Program-made: the position numbers and the translations under genes
NCBI RefSeq assembly: GCF_006345805.1
Contig: NC_043010.1
Span: 35,154,001 to 35,218,000 of the forward strand
Source: Octopus sinensis
Taxonomy: Eukaryota
DNA: 64,000 bases
Direction: 5' to 3'
Shown here: positions 24,508 through 37,539 of the stretch, in pieces
Layout: every line of letters begins with the position of its first letter
Position numbering within the stretch: the first letter of the stretch is position 1
The notes under the pieces: model-generated
The model's input: only the letters and a program-made list of their open reading frames with translations
What the model was told of the DNA's origin: nothing
Database searches by the model: none

Positions 24508-25020
24508 TTGGGTTGTCAGATAAATTTATTTGCTTCTTTAATGTTATTTGAATTAACAAGAAAATATTTTCATTGTAGTGTTTTATGGGTTTTATAGCTT
24601 TATTCAAACAACCTTTGTTTATTGTTCTTGAAATTTGAATAAATTTTATGGTTTTTTTAGACATATGATGGAAAAATAACCATTTTCAACATCTGTTTCT
24701 CTTTGCTTTCAACCAAAGCTCTAAAGCTGTCAGAACCACTTGAGACATTTGTGTTGTCTGCGGAGAAGGTGCTATTACTGAAAGAATTCATGCTTTGAGG
24801 AGGAGAAATTCAACCTCACATAATCTTCAACGCTTCATATTCTGGCCAACCTTTTCAGTACATTAAGAATCAATTGAATGAACTCATCTACAAGGACCAG
24901 TGCCAATCCACTAGGGTATTGGTGTAGAAGATGGGATTCTGTCATGATACCATCACCCATCATCTTCATTTGGTGAGTAAAGTGCAAAGACTCAGTGCAT
25001 GCGTGTCACATGCTCAGAAT
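24508..25020 (+). mobile_element. Mariner element 5' half, decayed
   Basis: TA followed by ttgggttgtcagataa. Remnants HFQHLFLFAFNQ, ICVVCGEGAITE, SGQP, NELIYKDQCQSTR and KVQRLSACVSH (WVPH box). Confidence 0.75.
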
Positions 25021-25212
25021 GAAAGAGACAAATTTTAACATTCCTCTATAGGTGCAGGCATGGCTGTGTGGTAAGAAGCTTGCTTCTCAATCACATGGTT
25101 CCAGGTTCAGTCACACAATGTGGCACCTTGGGCAAGTGTTTTCTATTACAGCCTCGGGCCAACCAAAACCTTGTTAGTGGATTTGGTAGATGGAAACTGA
25201 AAGAACCCTGTC

Positions 25213-25283
<71 letters not shown>

Positions 25284-25385
25284 ATCCAAACAAGAAAGCA
25301 CAAAAAAAACACAACAACGCGAGGCCATGGAAAAAATATGGTATTATTGGACGCTCAGGAAAGAAGGAAAGAAGGAGGGTTTAAC

Positions 25386-25428
<43 letters not shown>

Positions 25429-27539
25429 TATATATATCATCATCACCATCATCATCATCATCGTTGGTTAACGTCTGTTTTCTATGCTGGCATGGGTCGG
25501 ACGGTTTAACTGAGGTCTAGAGAGCCACCAACTACACCAAGTTCCAATCTGATCTGGCAGTGTTTCTACAGCTGGATGCCCTTCCTAATGCCAACCACCC
25601 TAAGTGTGTAGTGGGTGCTTTTTTGTGCCACTGGCACAAGAGCCAGTCGTGTGTGTGTGTGTGTGTCTGTGTTCATATGTGTGTGTGTGTATGTATTCAT
25701 GAGTGTGTGTGTCTGTGTTTGCTCCACCAATCATCGCTTGACAACCAATGCTAGTGTGTTTATGTCCCCATAACTCAGATATTTGGGCCTCCAACCAAGC
25801 TTTTCACGATACCCTTAAAACTAAGAACTACTCCCTCATATGTATGTGCCACAAGATACTGTTGTCCAATGCTCACTAATTCTGCCAAGTTTACAGAAAT
25901 GAATATGGCAGTTTACAGCATTAGATTAGGGCTAATAATTGCCTTTAATTCTGATAATGGATGATATGCAATGAACAATGGTGTGTATGTAAAAGTTCAA
26001 TGTACATTAAACTCAGCACACACTCATATACACACAGTATTCACCACAAATGGGTTGCATAACTCAACAAAATGATTTCACCAGAATAACAAAATTGTAA
26101 AGAAATATCAAACAGGTTCTTTGATTGACATAGGTGATTATTAAAAGTGAAGTACACAAACCACAACAGTGGGAAATCTTTTAGAAAAACATAAATTTCA
26201 AAACAGGAGCAGATATATCTATAACTTTCTCTAACCCGAAAAACAGGATTACCAACAAACATTCTAATTCACTACCATCTCCCTAACGTTTTCTTTATCT
26301 TTCCCATTCCTTCCTTCACCTCAGTAAGTTGGAGGATATTTTCTGATTGGTTACTTAAAACCACAGCCACGTTGATATTAACAGTCAAGTTTCCTTGAAT
26401 AGGTTAGTTATGACAATTACCATTATTTAATTGGCCTGACATGCTGCTATTTTTACATTTGGAAATATTCTCAGTCTCTTTGTCACATGCAGACACCATC
26501 AAGGATGGGAAACATATTTTAGTGTTAAGATCAGAATCAAATTCAAAGTGTATAACAACCTGTGGCTGCACATGTGTGCTGAGAAATATATATATGCATG
26601 TATGTAAGTATGTAAATAGGCATGGGCATGGTTGTATAGTAGGAAGTTTCCCTGTTCAATCCCACTGTGGGCAAGTGTCTACTATTAAAGCTTCAGGTAG
26701 ACCAAAAACTTGTGAATGGATTTGACAGATAGAAACTGCCGCAAACTGGCAAAAATGTTAGCACGCCAGGTGAAATGCTTAGCGGTATTTCGTCTGCGTT
26801 ACGTTGTGAGTTCAAATTCCGCCGAGGTCAACTTTGCCTTTCATCCTTTCGGGGTCGATAAATTAAGTACCAGTTACGCACTGGGGTCGATGTAATCGAC
26901 TTAATATCTATGTCTGTCCTTGTTTGTCCCCTCTGTGTTTAGCCCCTTGTGGGTAATAAAGAAGTAGGTATTTCATACCAGTTATGCACTGGGGTCGATA
27001 TGATTGACTTAACCCGTTTGTCTGTCCTTGTTTGTCCCCTCTGTGTGTAGACACTTATGGGCCTTAAAGAAATAAGAAACTGAAAGAGGCCTATTGTGTG
27101 TGTGTATGTATGTGTGTGTGTGTGTGTGCACATGCGTGTATGTGAGTCTTTGTGTCTGTGTTTGTCCTCCTCACCACCACTCGACAGGTGGTATTGGTTT
27201 GTTTATGTCCTTTTAACTTAGTAGTACAGCAAAAGAGACTGATAGAATAAGTACCAGGCTTTAAAAAAAACTAAGTACTAAGGTCAGTTCATTTGACTAA
27301 TATTCTTGAAAGCAAAACTCCAGCTTGGCCTGCAGTCTAATGACTGAAATAATTAAAAGATAAAAGATATATATATTTATAGTGCAGGAATTTATTAGTC
27401 TTGTGAGACCATGGATTTGTACCTGTAAGGAAAATTTTGCTTTTGTCTTGGCAGAGCAGTATTTGTTGTAACTATAGAGATATAGAAACCTAACATTTAA
27501 AAATCATGGCAGCAGTAATAGCACCTGTTCAGGTGTTGC

Positions 27540-27905
27540 ATTTCTGACATTTGCTTTTCTTCATCAAACCCTTGTCTATTTCCAGTTTCCAGGAAGAATG
27601 ATCACCACCAATGTCACTTCACCTTTCATTGTCCACATAGAGAGACTTCATGTCACTCTTGAAGCAAAGACAGGGGTCATCACTATGTTACCTTACACAA
27701 TGCAAGTTCAACATAACATACAATAGGTCTTTTGGGATCCTCCCATCTGACATTTGGTGTACATGGCCCAGCCAGAGGAAACATCATTGTTGCATTAGGA
27801 TGAGGCACTGGGTATCTGTACACGAGCCAGGACTTCATTGTTGGACATTGAGTCAGTCCACTTGATGTTTAGAATCTGTTTTAGGCAGTGTAGGTGGAAA
27901 TTCAT
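27540..27905 (-). mobile_element. Old RTE/BovB-like LINE fragment (C-terminal ORF2); second piece at about 28560-28770
   Basis: FHLHCLKQILNIKWTDSMSNNEVLAR followed by frameshifted LWLGHVHQM.DGRIPKDLLY. The second piece reads like the ITINSCKLEVV...LSL block. Confidence 0.7.
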
Positions 27906-28140
27906 GCCAAATCAGACAGGGGTCTGGTGCAGCTTCCCAGCTCTAGTTAAACTGTCCAACCCATGCTAGCATGGACAGATGATGATGATGATGATGATTA
28001 TGCTCTTATCCAAAGCAGGTCCTCCAGATCTCACAGCCCACAAAGCAGTGTCCTAAGGAGTAGGCAAAATAGACAACAACTTTGATGCATGCTGTTAGCT
28101 TACTGTTCTCCCAGACCCTCCTTGTCAAGCCTAACTAATA

Positions 28141-28557
28141 CTCTTTTACTCTTTTACTTATTTCAGTCATTTGACTGTGGCCATGCTGGAGCACTGCCTT
28201 TAGTCAAGCAAATCGATCCCAGGACTTATTCTTTGTAAGCCTAGTACTTATTCTATCGGTCTCTTTTGCCTAACCGCTAAGTTATGGGGACGTAAACACA
28301 CCAGCATCGGTTGTCAAGCGATGTTGGCGGAGACAAACACAGACACACAAACATATATATACACACATACATATATATATATACATATATACGACAGGCT
28401 TCTTTTCAGTTTCCGTCTACCAGATCCACTCACAAGACTTTGGTCGACCTGAGGCTATAATAGAAGACACTTGCCCAAGGTGCCACGCAGTGGGACTGAA
28501 CCCAGAACCTGTGGTTGGTAAGCAAGCTACTTACCAGACAGCCACTCCTACGCCTAT
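28141..28557 (-). mobile_element. tRNA-derived SINE family A, full length
   Basis: Complete reverse complement of the family A consensus. Confidence 0.9.
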
Positions 28558-28838
28558 GTTGAGGTTTCTTTTACAATTCATCAGTTGACTTCTAGAGAGA
28601 GTTTGTTTGCGATGGTGAAGCCAAAGCACGTAAATACAAAGACTACCTCCAGTTTGCAGCTGTTGATGGTAATTGTAGAGGAGTACCCAACACTTTGGCC
28701 TTGCACTTTTGCCTCAGTGAATAATTTCCAGCAAGAAGCATACTTATGGTTTGTGAAAATTTAACAACACTGCAATCACTAACATAGAGAGTGCAGTACA
28801 TATATATATATTTAACAAAGTAACCATAGACTCATCCA

Positions 28839-28876
<38 letters not shown>

Positions 28877-29319
28877 GTGTGCATGCGTGTGTGTGCGTGC
28901 GTGTGTATGCATGCGTGTGTGTGCGTGCGTGCATGTGTGTATCTATGTATGGATGGACAGACGGATAGAGAGACAGACAGACAAACAGATGGATGGATGG
29001 ATGGATGGATGGATGGATGGATGGATAGATATAGATATAGACATCCCTATATATATAGATAGATATAGATATAAATCTAAATGTAGGCTATGACACAGAA
29101 CCACACATAAACACACATATCTCATCAATTTCAAGAATCACCACTAAAATCATGTGACAATATTTTCACAAAAAAAGATACCATCACTATATTTGGGTGA
29201 GGAAGAAGTACAAAAGTTGCTTTTATCAAATCATTAGTCAACACTTTCTCATAATCTTCTTCACCACTTCCAACAACATTTAGGGTTTCTTTTTCAGTGG
29301 GTTGATGGGTTAGTGCTGT

Positions 29320-30025
29320 GGTTCTCAACTGGGGTCCATATAAGATTTTGGGGGGTCCACACAACAAAGGAGTAAATTGAGAACCAACAATAGTGTATTA
29401 GGGGCCCCTGAAAAATTTTTTCTTTTGATGTATGAGTATGTATTGCAAGAAAAGGGTTTCTTTAACCTACACAGGTTAACGTGTGGAGAACAAAATAGGA
29501 ATTTTGAAAGAAGTTTCTACTAAATATAGGCATAGGAGTGGCTGTGTGGTAAGTAGCTTGCTTACCAACCACATGATTCCAGGTTCACCTTGGGCAAGTG
29601 TCTTCTACTATAGCCTCAGGCTGACCAAAGCCTTGTGAGTGGATTTGGTAGACAGAAACTAAAAGAAGCCCGTCGTATATATGTAAAAGTATATATATAT
29701 ATATATGTATGCATGTATGTATGTGTGTGTGTTTGTCCCCGCAACATCGCTTGACAACTGATGGTGGTGTGTTTACGTCCCCGTAACTAAGCGGTTCGGC
29801 AAAAGCTACTGATAGAATAAGTACTAGGCATACAAAGAATAAGTCCTGGGGTTGATTTGCTTGACTAAAGGCGGTGCTCCAGCATGGCCACAGTCAAATA
29901 ACTGAAACAAGTAAAAGAATAAAAGAAAAATTAGTTTTTAAACATCGAATGTCTATGGGTGGGGAGGCACCAGAATAAAATAGTAATCAAAGGGGTCCAT
30001 AGATAAAAAATGGTCAAGAATCCCT
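29320..30025. mobile_element. hAT MITE with nested full-length SINE A (29526-29926, +)
   Basis: Ends ctgtggttctcaact... and ...ggtcaagaatccctg. Same family as 17692-18293 and 38185-39047. Confidence 0.7.
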
Positions 30026-31920
30026 GGGTTAGTAGGTGAATAGGAAGATAGGTGGGTGTTTGTGTGGATGGGTGGGTAGATAGATAGGTAGGTTATTATG
30101 TAGGTAGGTAGGGTGAGAGGAAGATGGATAAGTAGGATAGAAAGTAGATATGTGGTAGTTAGATGTATTGGTACATGCAAGGCTTGTAGGTATGAAAGTA
30201 TCCTCATCTGTTATGATTTCTTACACAGCATTGGATTGACAGAATCAGTGGAGCAACAGACAAAACGTCTTGCAATATTTGTTCCAGCTTTAAAGTGGCA
30301 AGCTGACAGAACTGGTAGCACATTGGACAAAATGTTTAGTAACATTTTGTCCGTCTTTACGTTCATCATCATCTTCATCGTTTAATGTCCGCTTTCCATG
30401 CTAGCATGGATTGGACGATTTGACTGAGGTCTGGCAAACCAGATATCTGCACCAGACTCCAATCTGATCTGGCAGAGTTTCTACAGCTGGATGCCCTTCC
30501 TAATGCCAACCACTCCGAGAGTGTAGTGGGTGCTTTTACGTTCCACCGCACCCACTACACTCTCGGAGTGGTTGGTGTTAGGAAGGGCATCTTAGTTCAA
30601 ATTCCACTGAGGTTAAGTTAGCCCAGTGGTCCCCAAACCGTGCACTGCAGTGCACCGGTGCACCACAAGATGTAATTAGGTATACCTTGAAAAAGTAAGA
30701 TCATATTTCAAAATATGAAAAATACAAACCGAAGTTCACTAGAAAATTCATATATAATGTCAAAGTAGCAAAAAACTAAATACTAAGTTCTAAACTAAGA
30801 ATGAGAGGTGGTTGTGTCATTCAATTCATTTAGGCTAATTATGGTATGATTGTTACTCAATTTTGAATCTGAAATTTTATAAAGATAAGAACTAGATTAG
30901 CATCAATCTGTTCTCAAAATTGACGTCTTATGGACATATTCACTTCACGACTGTTTTAGTTTATTTTGGCCGTATCCTCAGCAGTTTTCATTTCAATAAT
31001 AAATATGAAAAATAAGCTATTGAACTAGAATATACAATGTTGAACTAAATCTTTTAATACATCCTCACATATTGCGGCTGTATTTCAGTTTTTTCACTCA
31101 TATAGTGGTGAGAATTTTCATCTTTACAATTAATTTTGAAAAAGTTCTCAAAAGAGTCCAATAATATGTGACACGCTGCCACTTTTCACAGCTCATTGGT
31201 TACTTGTCTCAGTCTCAGTTTGACTCTGTTAGTATTCTGTGCTCTTTGTGTGAGACAATTCATATTAACAGACTAAATTACCTACAAAATGGAAAAGTTT
31301 ATTAAGAGGAAACATAACAGTGATGGTTAAGAATCTGAAAGTGAACGTTTTTCAAAAACAACTAAGTGTAGTGATAATGTGAAAGCTCAACCCAGTCATA
31401 AATATTACAATAGCTATTTAAAGTTTGGGTTTCATTGGACTGGCAATGAGGATCTAATGAAGGCATGTTAAAAGTAGGCTGTTGGAGTGTTGCTTATCTG
31501 AACAAATTTGTGTTGATATGGATTCCCAGCACAAGCACTTACTTCTACGCACTCAAGTCAGATGGCTCTCAAAAGGTAAGGTGCTATGTCGCATACATGA
31601 ACTCTAGAAGGAACTGCATGCATTTTTTAAAGAAGAAAAACACAAACACTTCTTGTAATATCTACAATGTGAATTTTGGGTTTCCAAGCTGGAATATTTA
31701 ACAGAGATACTTGCATAACTTAATAGTGTCAACACAAGTATGCAAGATAGAGTTGAAAACATTTTCACTTTGACAGATAAGCTGGCTTCATTTGAAAAAA
31801 AAGTTGTAATCTGGATAAATAGAGCTGAAGGTGGTAACTTTGAAATGTTTCCCTTGATACGTAAAAGCTGCAGAAAATAAATGACTCCTATTGTATTTGA
31901 ACATTTGATAAATCTCTCTT

Positions 31921-32345
31921 TTACTCTTTTACTTGTTTCAGTCATTTGACTGTGGCCATGCTGGAGCATGCTAGAGCAAATCGACTGTGGCCATGCTGGA
32001 GCAAATGGCCTTTAGTCGAGCAAATTGACCCCAGGACTTATTCTTTGTAAGCCTAGTACTTATTCTATCTTTTGCCGAACCGCTAAGTTACGGGGACATA
32101 AACACACCAGCATCGGTTGTCAAGCGATGTTGGAGGGACAAACACAGACACACAAACATATACACACACATACATATGTATATATGTATATGACAGGCTT
32201 CTTTCGGTTTCTGTCTACCAAATACACTCACAAGGCTTTGGTCAGCTCGAGGCTATAGTAGAAGACAGTTGCCCAACGTGCCATACAGTAGGACTGAACC
32301 CTGAACTATGTGGTAGGTAAGCAAGCTACTTACCATACAGCCACA
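31921..32345 (-). mobile_element. SINE family A nested in the hAT element
   Basis: Full reverse-complement copy with a small internal duplication of gactgtggccatgctggagca. Confidence 0.85.
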
Positions 32346-32617
32346 GAAAAAATAAACTTTTATTTTCCATTATTGAACACAGAAGCGTATGATTGGGTTC
32401 AAAATCCCTTCGTAAAAATATGTGAAGAAGAGGAATTAACATCTATATCCAGTGATTGTGGACTTAAAATCAAGTATGCTGAGTAACCTATTGATACATT
32501 TTGGATTGCTATAATAGGAGAATACCCTTAAGTAGCAAAAAAAGCTTTATCCATTTTGATACTGTTTTCCACATTGTATTTATGTGAGTTGGGATTTTCA
32601 ATCCACAATAACATTAA

Positions 32618-32838
32618 CCCTTTTGATACCAACCTGGCTGAAACCGCCTCTGGCTCTTTAGTACAAATGTCTTGTTTTCATAAGTTTTGAATTAAAATCT
32701 TCCACCAAACCTTAGTCACAATTTATGTTCCTAACACTAGCTAAATGATAACTAAGTTATTTTACTAAATTCTTTGTTATATTTAAAGTAATTGAAAGAA
32801 ACACAGAGCATCTCAAAATAAATACAGTAACAAAAGGG
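32618..32838. mobile_element. piggyBac-type MITE nested in the hAT element; second copy at 53288-53506
   Basis: TTAA|cccttttgatacc ... gtaacaaaaggg|TTAA. The 53288 copy has one target mutated to tgaa. Confidence 0.85.
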
Positions 32839-33861
32839 TTAAATGCAAAGAAAGAGAGATGCTCCATTGCATCGAAGAAGAAATATTAAAAACATTTCCA
32901 AAAAACATCAAGCGCATGTTTCTCATTAATAATCTTGTCTCATTTATTGAATAAAGAGTAAGTACATGCAATTTTCCTGTATTTCAAATTATCTATATAT
33001 TACTTTATAGTTTATGCTATGGTAATATGTATAAAACCCCTTTGAATAAATTTTAGAATTTATGTAAAAAGTGCACCAAAATATTTTGACTTCTTGTAAG
33101 GTGTGCCATGAGTAAAAAAAAGTTTAGGAACCACTGACTTTCATCCCTTCATAAGTTGATAAAATAAGTACCAGTTGAGCACTGGGTCAATGTAAATGAC
33201 TTACCCACCTTCCCACCCAGAATTGCTGGCCTTGTGCCAAATTTAAAACCAATCTTTTTTCCAGCTCTAAGGTGGTAGAATTGGTAGCACACCAGGCAAA
33301 ATGCTTAGCAGCATTTCGTCTGTCTTTACATTCTGAGTTCAAATTATAGTGACAAAAGCAGTATTAATACCAAAAGATATTATTTATCCCCACTTAAAAG
33401 TGGATGTTGTGTTAGAACACAGAATACTGTGAGAGTTATCATGAGAGAACCTCTCATATGGACTTGTGGTGCGTATAAGTATTCTTGTTTATATCACTAG
33501 CAGGAGATAATCCATTACTATCACCACTGCCAACACTACCAGATGCCGTGATTGCAGCCTTCCTTGGCTTTATCAATGGTAGATGCCCAAAAGCTGGAAA
33601 TAGCCGCAATCCCTCCACCAGTGATATACACTGTGATATACACCAGTGATATACACCAGTAATATACTTTTTTACAATAGGACAAATTTATATTATTTGC
33701 TCTCAACCAAAGCAAGGCTCTATAACCTCACTACCTCCTCCTGATTAAAAAAAAAAGTATGGAGTGGGTCTCTAATAAACCAGCCTCTCAGTCCACAAAA
33801 AAAAGTATCTCAGTACCTAAATAGGCACTGATATCACAAATAGCCATTGGGCTTATTCCTT

Positions 33862-34198
33862 GACCCCCTTCGGTCATGAATGACCATGGGATTGATTGCA
33901 CCTAGAAAGTTACCCTCCAAGGTACAAGTCCGGGCAAGGTTGTTTGTGGAAGGCCAGCAGTCACCTATGCATACCAGCCTCCCCTCTCCACACCACTGAT
34001 GTTATCCAAGGGAAAGGCAAAGGCCAATACAGCTTGGCACCAGTGATGTCGCAACTTATTTCTACAGCTGAGTGAACTGGAGTAATGTGAAATAAAGTGT
34101 CTTGCTCAAGAACACAACATGCAGCCCGGTGCGGGAATTGAACTCACAACCTCACAATCATAAGCTCGATGCTCTAACCACTGAGCCATGCTCCTTCA
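33862..34198 (-). mobile_element. tRNA-derived SINE family D; second copy at about 55735-56057 (+)
   Basis: Head ggctcagtggttagagcatcgagc...gagttcaattccc (A/B boxes). The body ends catgaccgaagggggtc. Confidence 0.8.
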
Positions 34199-34315
34199 CA
34201 CTGGGCTTATTACAAAACAATTAGTAGCAACAGAAGCGGTTAATATTTATCACCCCTTAAAAGTAGACGTTGCATTAGAACACAAAATATTGCAATAGTT
34301 ACCATGAAATATATA

Positions 34316-34354
<39 letters not shown>

Positions 34355-34662
34355 ATGTGTGTGTGTGTTTGTGCGTGTGTGTGAGTGTGTGTGCGTGTGC
34401 ATGCATGCACGTTCTTGTCTCTCCTTTTCTTAATATTGTTCAATGGTTGTAAATGATTGTCCCAGTCATACAAGCAGTATCATTCATTTCCAATATCCCA
34501 AGAGAACATGTCTGGTTATGGAGAAATGTTACCTTGCTCAGAATCAGGTGAAGGTTGACAAACAGAAAGAGCTTCCAGCTTAGAAAGTTTGCCTCAATAA
34601 ACCCTGCCCAACCCATGCAATGACACAACAAACGAAAATTAATTCAAATGAAAACTAGTTCA

Positions 34663-34739
34663 AAACAAGCAATAAGTGAAAGAATACTTTAGCTATGACT
34701 TCAACGATCCCTTTTCCACGAAAGTGGTCTGGTACTTCA
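34663..34739 (-). pseudogene. NATD1: Tandem partial duplicate of NATD1 exon 2 (3' half plus donor site)
   Basis: 77 bp with 2 mismatches to 34835-34911, offset 172 bp. It retains AAA|gtattc. Confidence 0.9.
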
Positions 34740-34859
34740 TTGGCTCAAATTTATGTTAAAAGGATGACGACAATGATGGTGGTGGTGGTGGGAGGGTGAT
34801 GACAAAGATGACATAACAAACAAATATTAATTCTAAACAAGCAATAAGTGAAAGAATAC

Positions 34860-34984
34860 TTTAGCTATGACTTTAGCGATCCCTTTTCCACGAAAGTGGT
34901 CTGGTACTTCAGTATGATAGAGATCTACTTGGTTGTCTTTGATCCATTCATACTCAAGGATGGCCTGACTTGGTTCTTTGTGAT
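34860..34984 (-). CDS. NATD1: NATD1 coding exon 2: (N)[41 protein letters not shown]
   Basis: ttttcatcag|AT...AAA|gtattc, phase 1 in and phase 0 out. Signature VDLxHTEVPDxxRGxGIAK matches human NATD1 ([23 protein letters not shown]). Confidence 0.93.
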
Positions 34985-35199
34985 CTGATGAAAAGAAACA
35001 AAAATCAATGGAATAAAAATGGAATGCAACTGGTTATTTAGGTAATGGGGTAAAAAAGGATAAATGATAAGGAAAGTAAGTTGATCCCTGACATGAAAAT
35101 GAAAACTGAAAAATGAAAATGAAAACTGTAAAATGAAAATGGAAATTGAAAAATAAAATTAAGAATTAAAGAGAAAAGGAAAAATATTTTTTAAAATAT

Positions 35200-35365
35200 T
35201 CAAATGAAACAACAGAAAAATTATAAGAAAAATATTAAAATGAAACAATGGAAAAATTATATGAAACAATGGAAAAATTATAAGAAAAATATTAAAATGA
35301 AACAATGGAAAAATTATATGAAACAATGGAAAAATTATAAGAAAAATATTAAAATGAAACAAGGG
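35200..35365. repeat. AT-rich minisatellite with alternating 21- and 36-bp units
   Basis: atgaaacaatggaaaaattat alone or followed by aagaaaaatattaaa, repeated. Confidence 0.85.
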
Positions 35366-37539
35366 AAAAATTATAGCAAAAACTTGAATAATTATTTTAG
35401 AATTTTTTTTTTAATTTAAAGAAATGTTGACAAATAAAAAAGGAAATGGAAAATCAAAACCAAACCCTTATTGTAATAGAGCTAAACTAAGTATATCGTT
35501 GTATGTAACTAAAACACTGCCAGCTCTCCCTCTCAATCTATCACACAAGCCCTAAGTAACACATGCATTACATGGCTTCTCACACAAACTTGTCTTCTCT
35601 CTGAAGGACTGAGACAGACAGACACAGTGACAGAGGGGAAAATGAAAAACAAAGAGAATTGCTTTCTAGCAGGTGAAAATATCTTCTGGTCTACTGGGTG
35701 TATAACTGTCTGGCTATATTTTTCTTGATATAAAGGTGATATCAATATATGTCAGTTGGTCCTAGTCCTCAACATAGGAGTTTCTGCATGGTCAAAAAAC
35801 ATGCTGGAAATAACAGTCAATTCTCTTTCAAATCATGTCCCACTGTCTTCAATAACAGATGTATTGAGCAATGTAGTCCCTGATATACAAAAGATGGGAT
35901 GGTCACAAAAGGATTATTTCTTATAGGTATATTTGATCGAGGAAATTCTGGAGGTAAAACAGCGAACAAACAAGTTTACTTCTGGCCAATGAAGAATGGT
36001 CTCTGCACAATCACTCAACCTATTAAAAATTGCAGACAAATTTCCTTCAAATCACCAAGTGCATATTGGACAATATATAGCCCTACATAGGTGTGGCTGT
36101 GTGGTAAGAAGCTTGCTTCTAACCACATGGTTTTAGGTTCAGTCTCACTGCATGGCACCTTGGTCAAGTGTCTTCTACTATTGCTTCAGGTTGTGAGTGC
36201 ATTTGGTAGATGGAAACTGAAAGAAACTCATCGTATGTGCGTGTGTGTGTGTTTGTATCCCACCATCACTTGATAACTGGTGATGGTGTGCTTACAGCCC
36301 TGTAACTTAGTGGTTCAGCAAAAGAAACTGATTGAATGAGTACCAGGTTTGGAAAAATAAGTACTGATGTTGATTCATTTGACTAAATTTTTTCAAGGTG
36401 GTGCCCCAGCATGGCCACAGTCTAATGACTGAAACAAGTAAAACAATACACACACAAACTGTTTTATGGAGATAATATTTCATCACTGAATTAAAAATAA
36501 TAAGAGAGGTCATGTCAATACTGATTAAAGTCAACAGGGGTAGTGTTGCCTCCATCGCCTCCAAATAAATCACATGAGACAGTCTATTCTAAACTCCATT
36601 TGAGCCTACCATTGGCTATAAAAACTCACCTCCTCCTCGTCTCAGAGTCTGTTGGTTCCAGACCTTCTAAGGTCGAACCACTGACCACATTACAGTGACC
36701 TCCATCTTCATCGCCACCATCATGTCTCTCACCAAGGTCATCAACATCTCTACACAGCACCAACAACACTGCACTGGTTCTAACATATCGCAATTTGTGA
36801 GCTTTCCTCACCAGGGTTAACAGAAAACATACAACTGATGCAGATGCATGTAGATATATGGATAAGTGTCCACCAACCACTTCCATTTATCATTCAGCTT
36901 GTGGCTGGCATTAAAGACATTTAAAGTTACCACCTTGTTCCATGTATTTCTTTATACCGTGTTCCTGTCAAACAATATTATAGCCTTCTGAGTAAAGTCA
37001 CATTAGATGGAATACAACCTATCTTTCTAAATAGCATTTGGTGATAGTGGAAGGGAATGTGAAAGTAAAAATAGAAAGCTAATGAAGAAAATTAGAAGTG
37101 CTGAAGTCAGACCACAATATGCTAAGCCTTGTAAAAGTGGCAAGCTGGCAGAAATGTTATCACACCAGACAAAATATTTAGCAGCCTTTCTTCTGGCTTT
37201 ACATTCTGAGGTCAGATGTTGGCAAGATTGACTTTGCTTTTCATCCATTTGGAGTCAATGAGATAAGTACTAGTTCAATGTAATTGACTAGCCACTCCCC
37301 TCAAAATTACAGGCTTTGTGCCAAGAGTAGAAAGAATATGGTAAGCCTTGCAGAAGAGGTGACAAAAAGATTTGAGATGAATGGTTACAAGTTGTGCAGC
37401 ATATTCATCAAACAGACATGGGTGTCTCTACATGGCTGCTCAACTTGCTAGAAATAGAAGTCAGATTTCCTTCAGCTCACACCCTACTGTCTTAAAAAGG
37501 TAAGGACATGTTAGAGAATATAGTCCTACATACTTAAAG

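Larger units (their letters stand above)
30624..33136 (+). mobile_element. hAT (Charlie-like) DNA transposon with decayed transposase
   Basis: TIRs cagtggtccccaaac / gtttaggaaccactg. Transposase remnants LRTQVRWLSKGKVL (about 31544-31585) and ILILFSTLYLCELGFS (about 32550-32600). It interrupts a family-B SINE. Confidence 0.85.

Noticed and set aside
29131-29367. ORF with protein-like stretch EKETLNVVGSGEEDYEKVLTND
   Set aside because: It starts inside a hAT MITE, has no clear splice sites and matches no family I recognise.
35159-35419. ORFs on both strands with repeated MKQWKNY / FHFNIFLII
   Set aside because: Artefact of minisatellite units whose lengths are multiples of three.
36626-36886. 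Minus-strand ORF ending at a strong GAG|gtgagt donor in NATD1 intron 1
   Set aside because: The only frame compatible with the phase-1 intron contains a stop, there is no convincing acceptor, and I recognise no homology.
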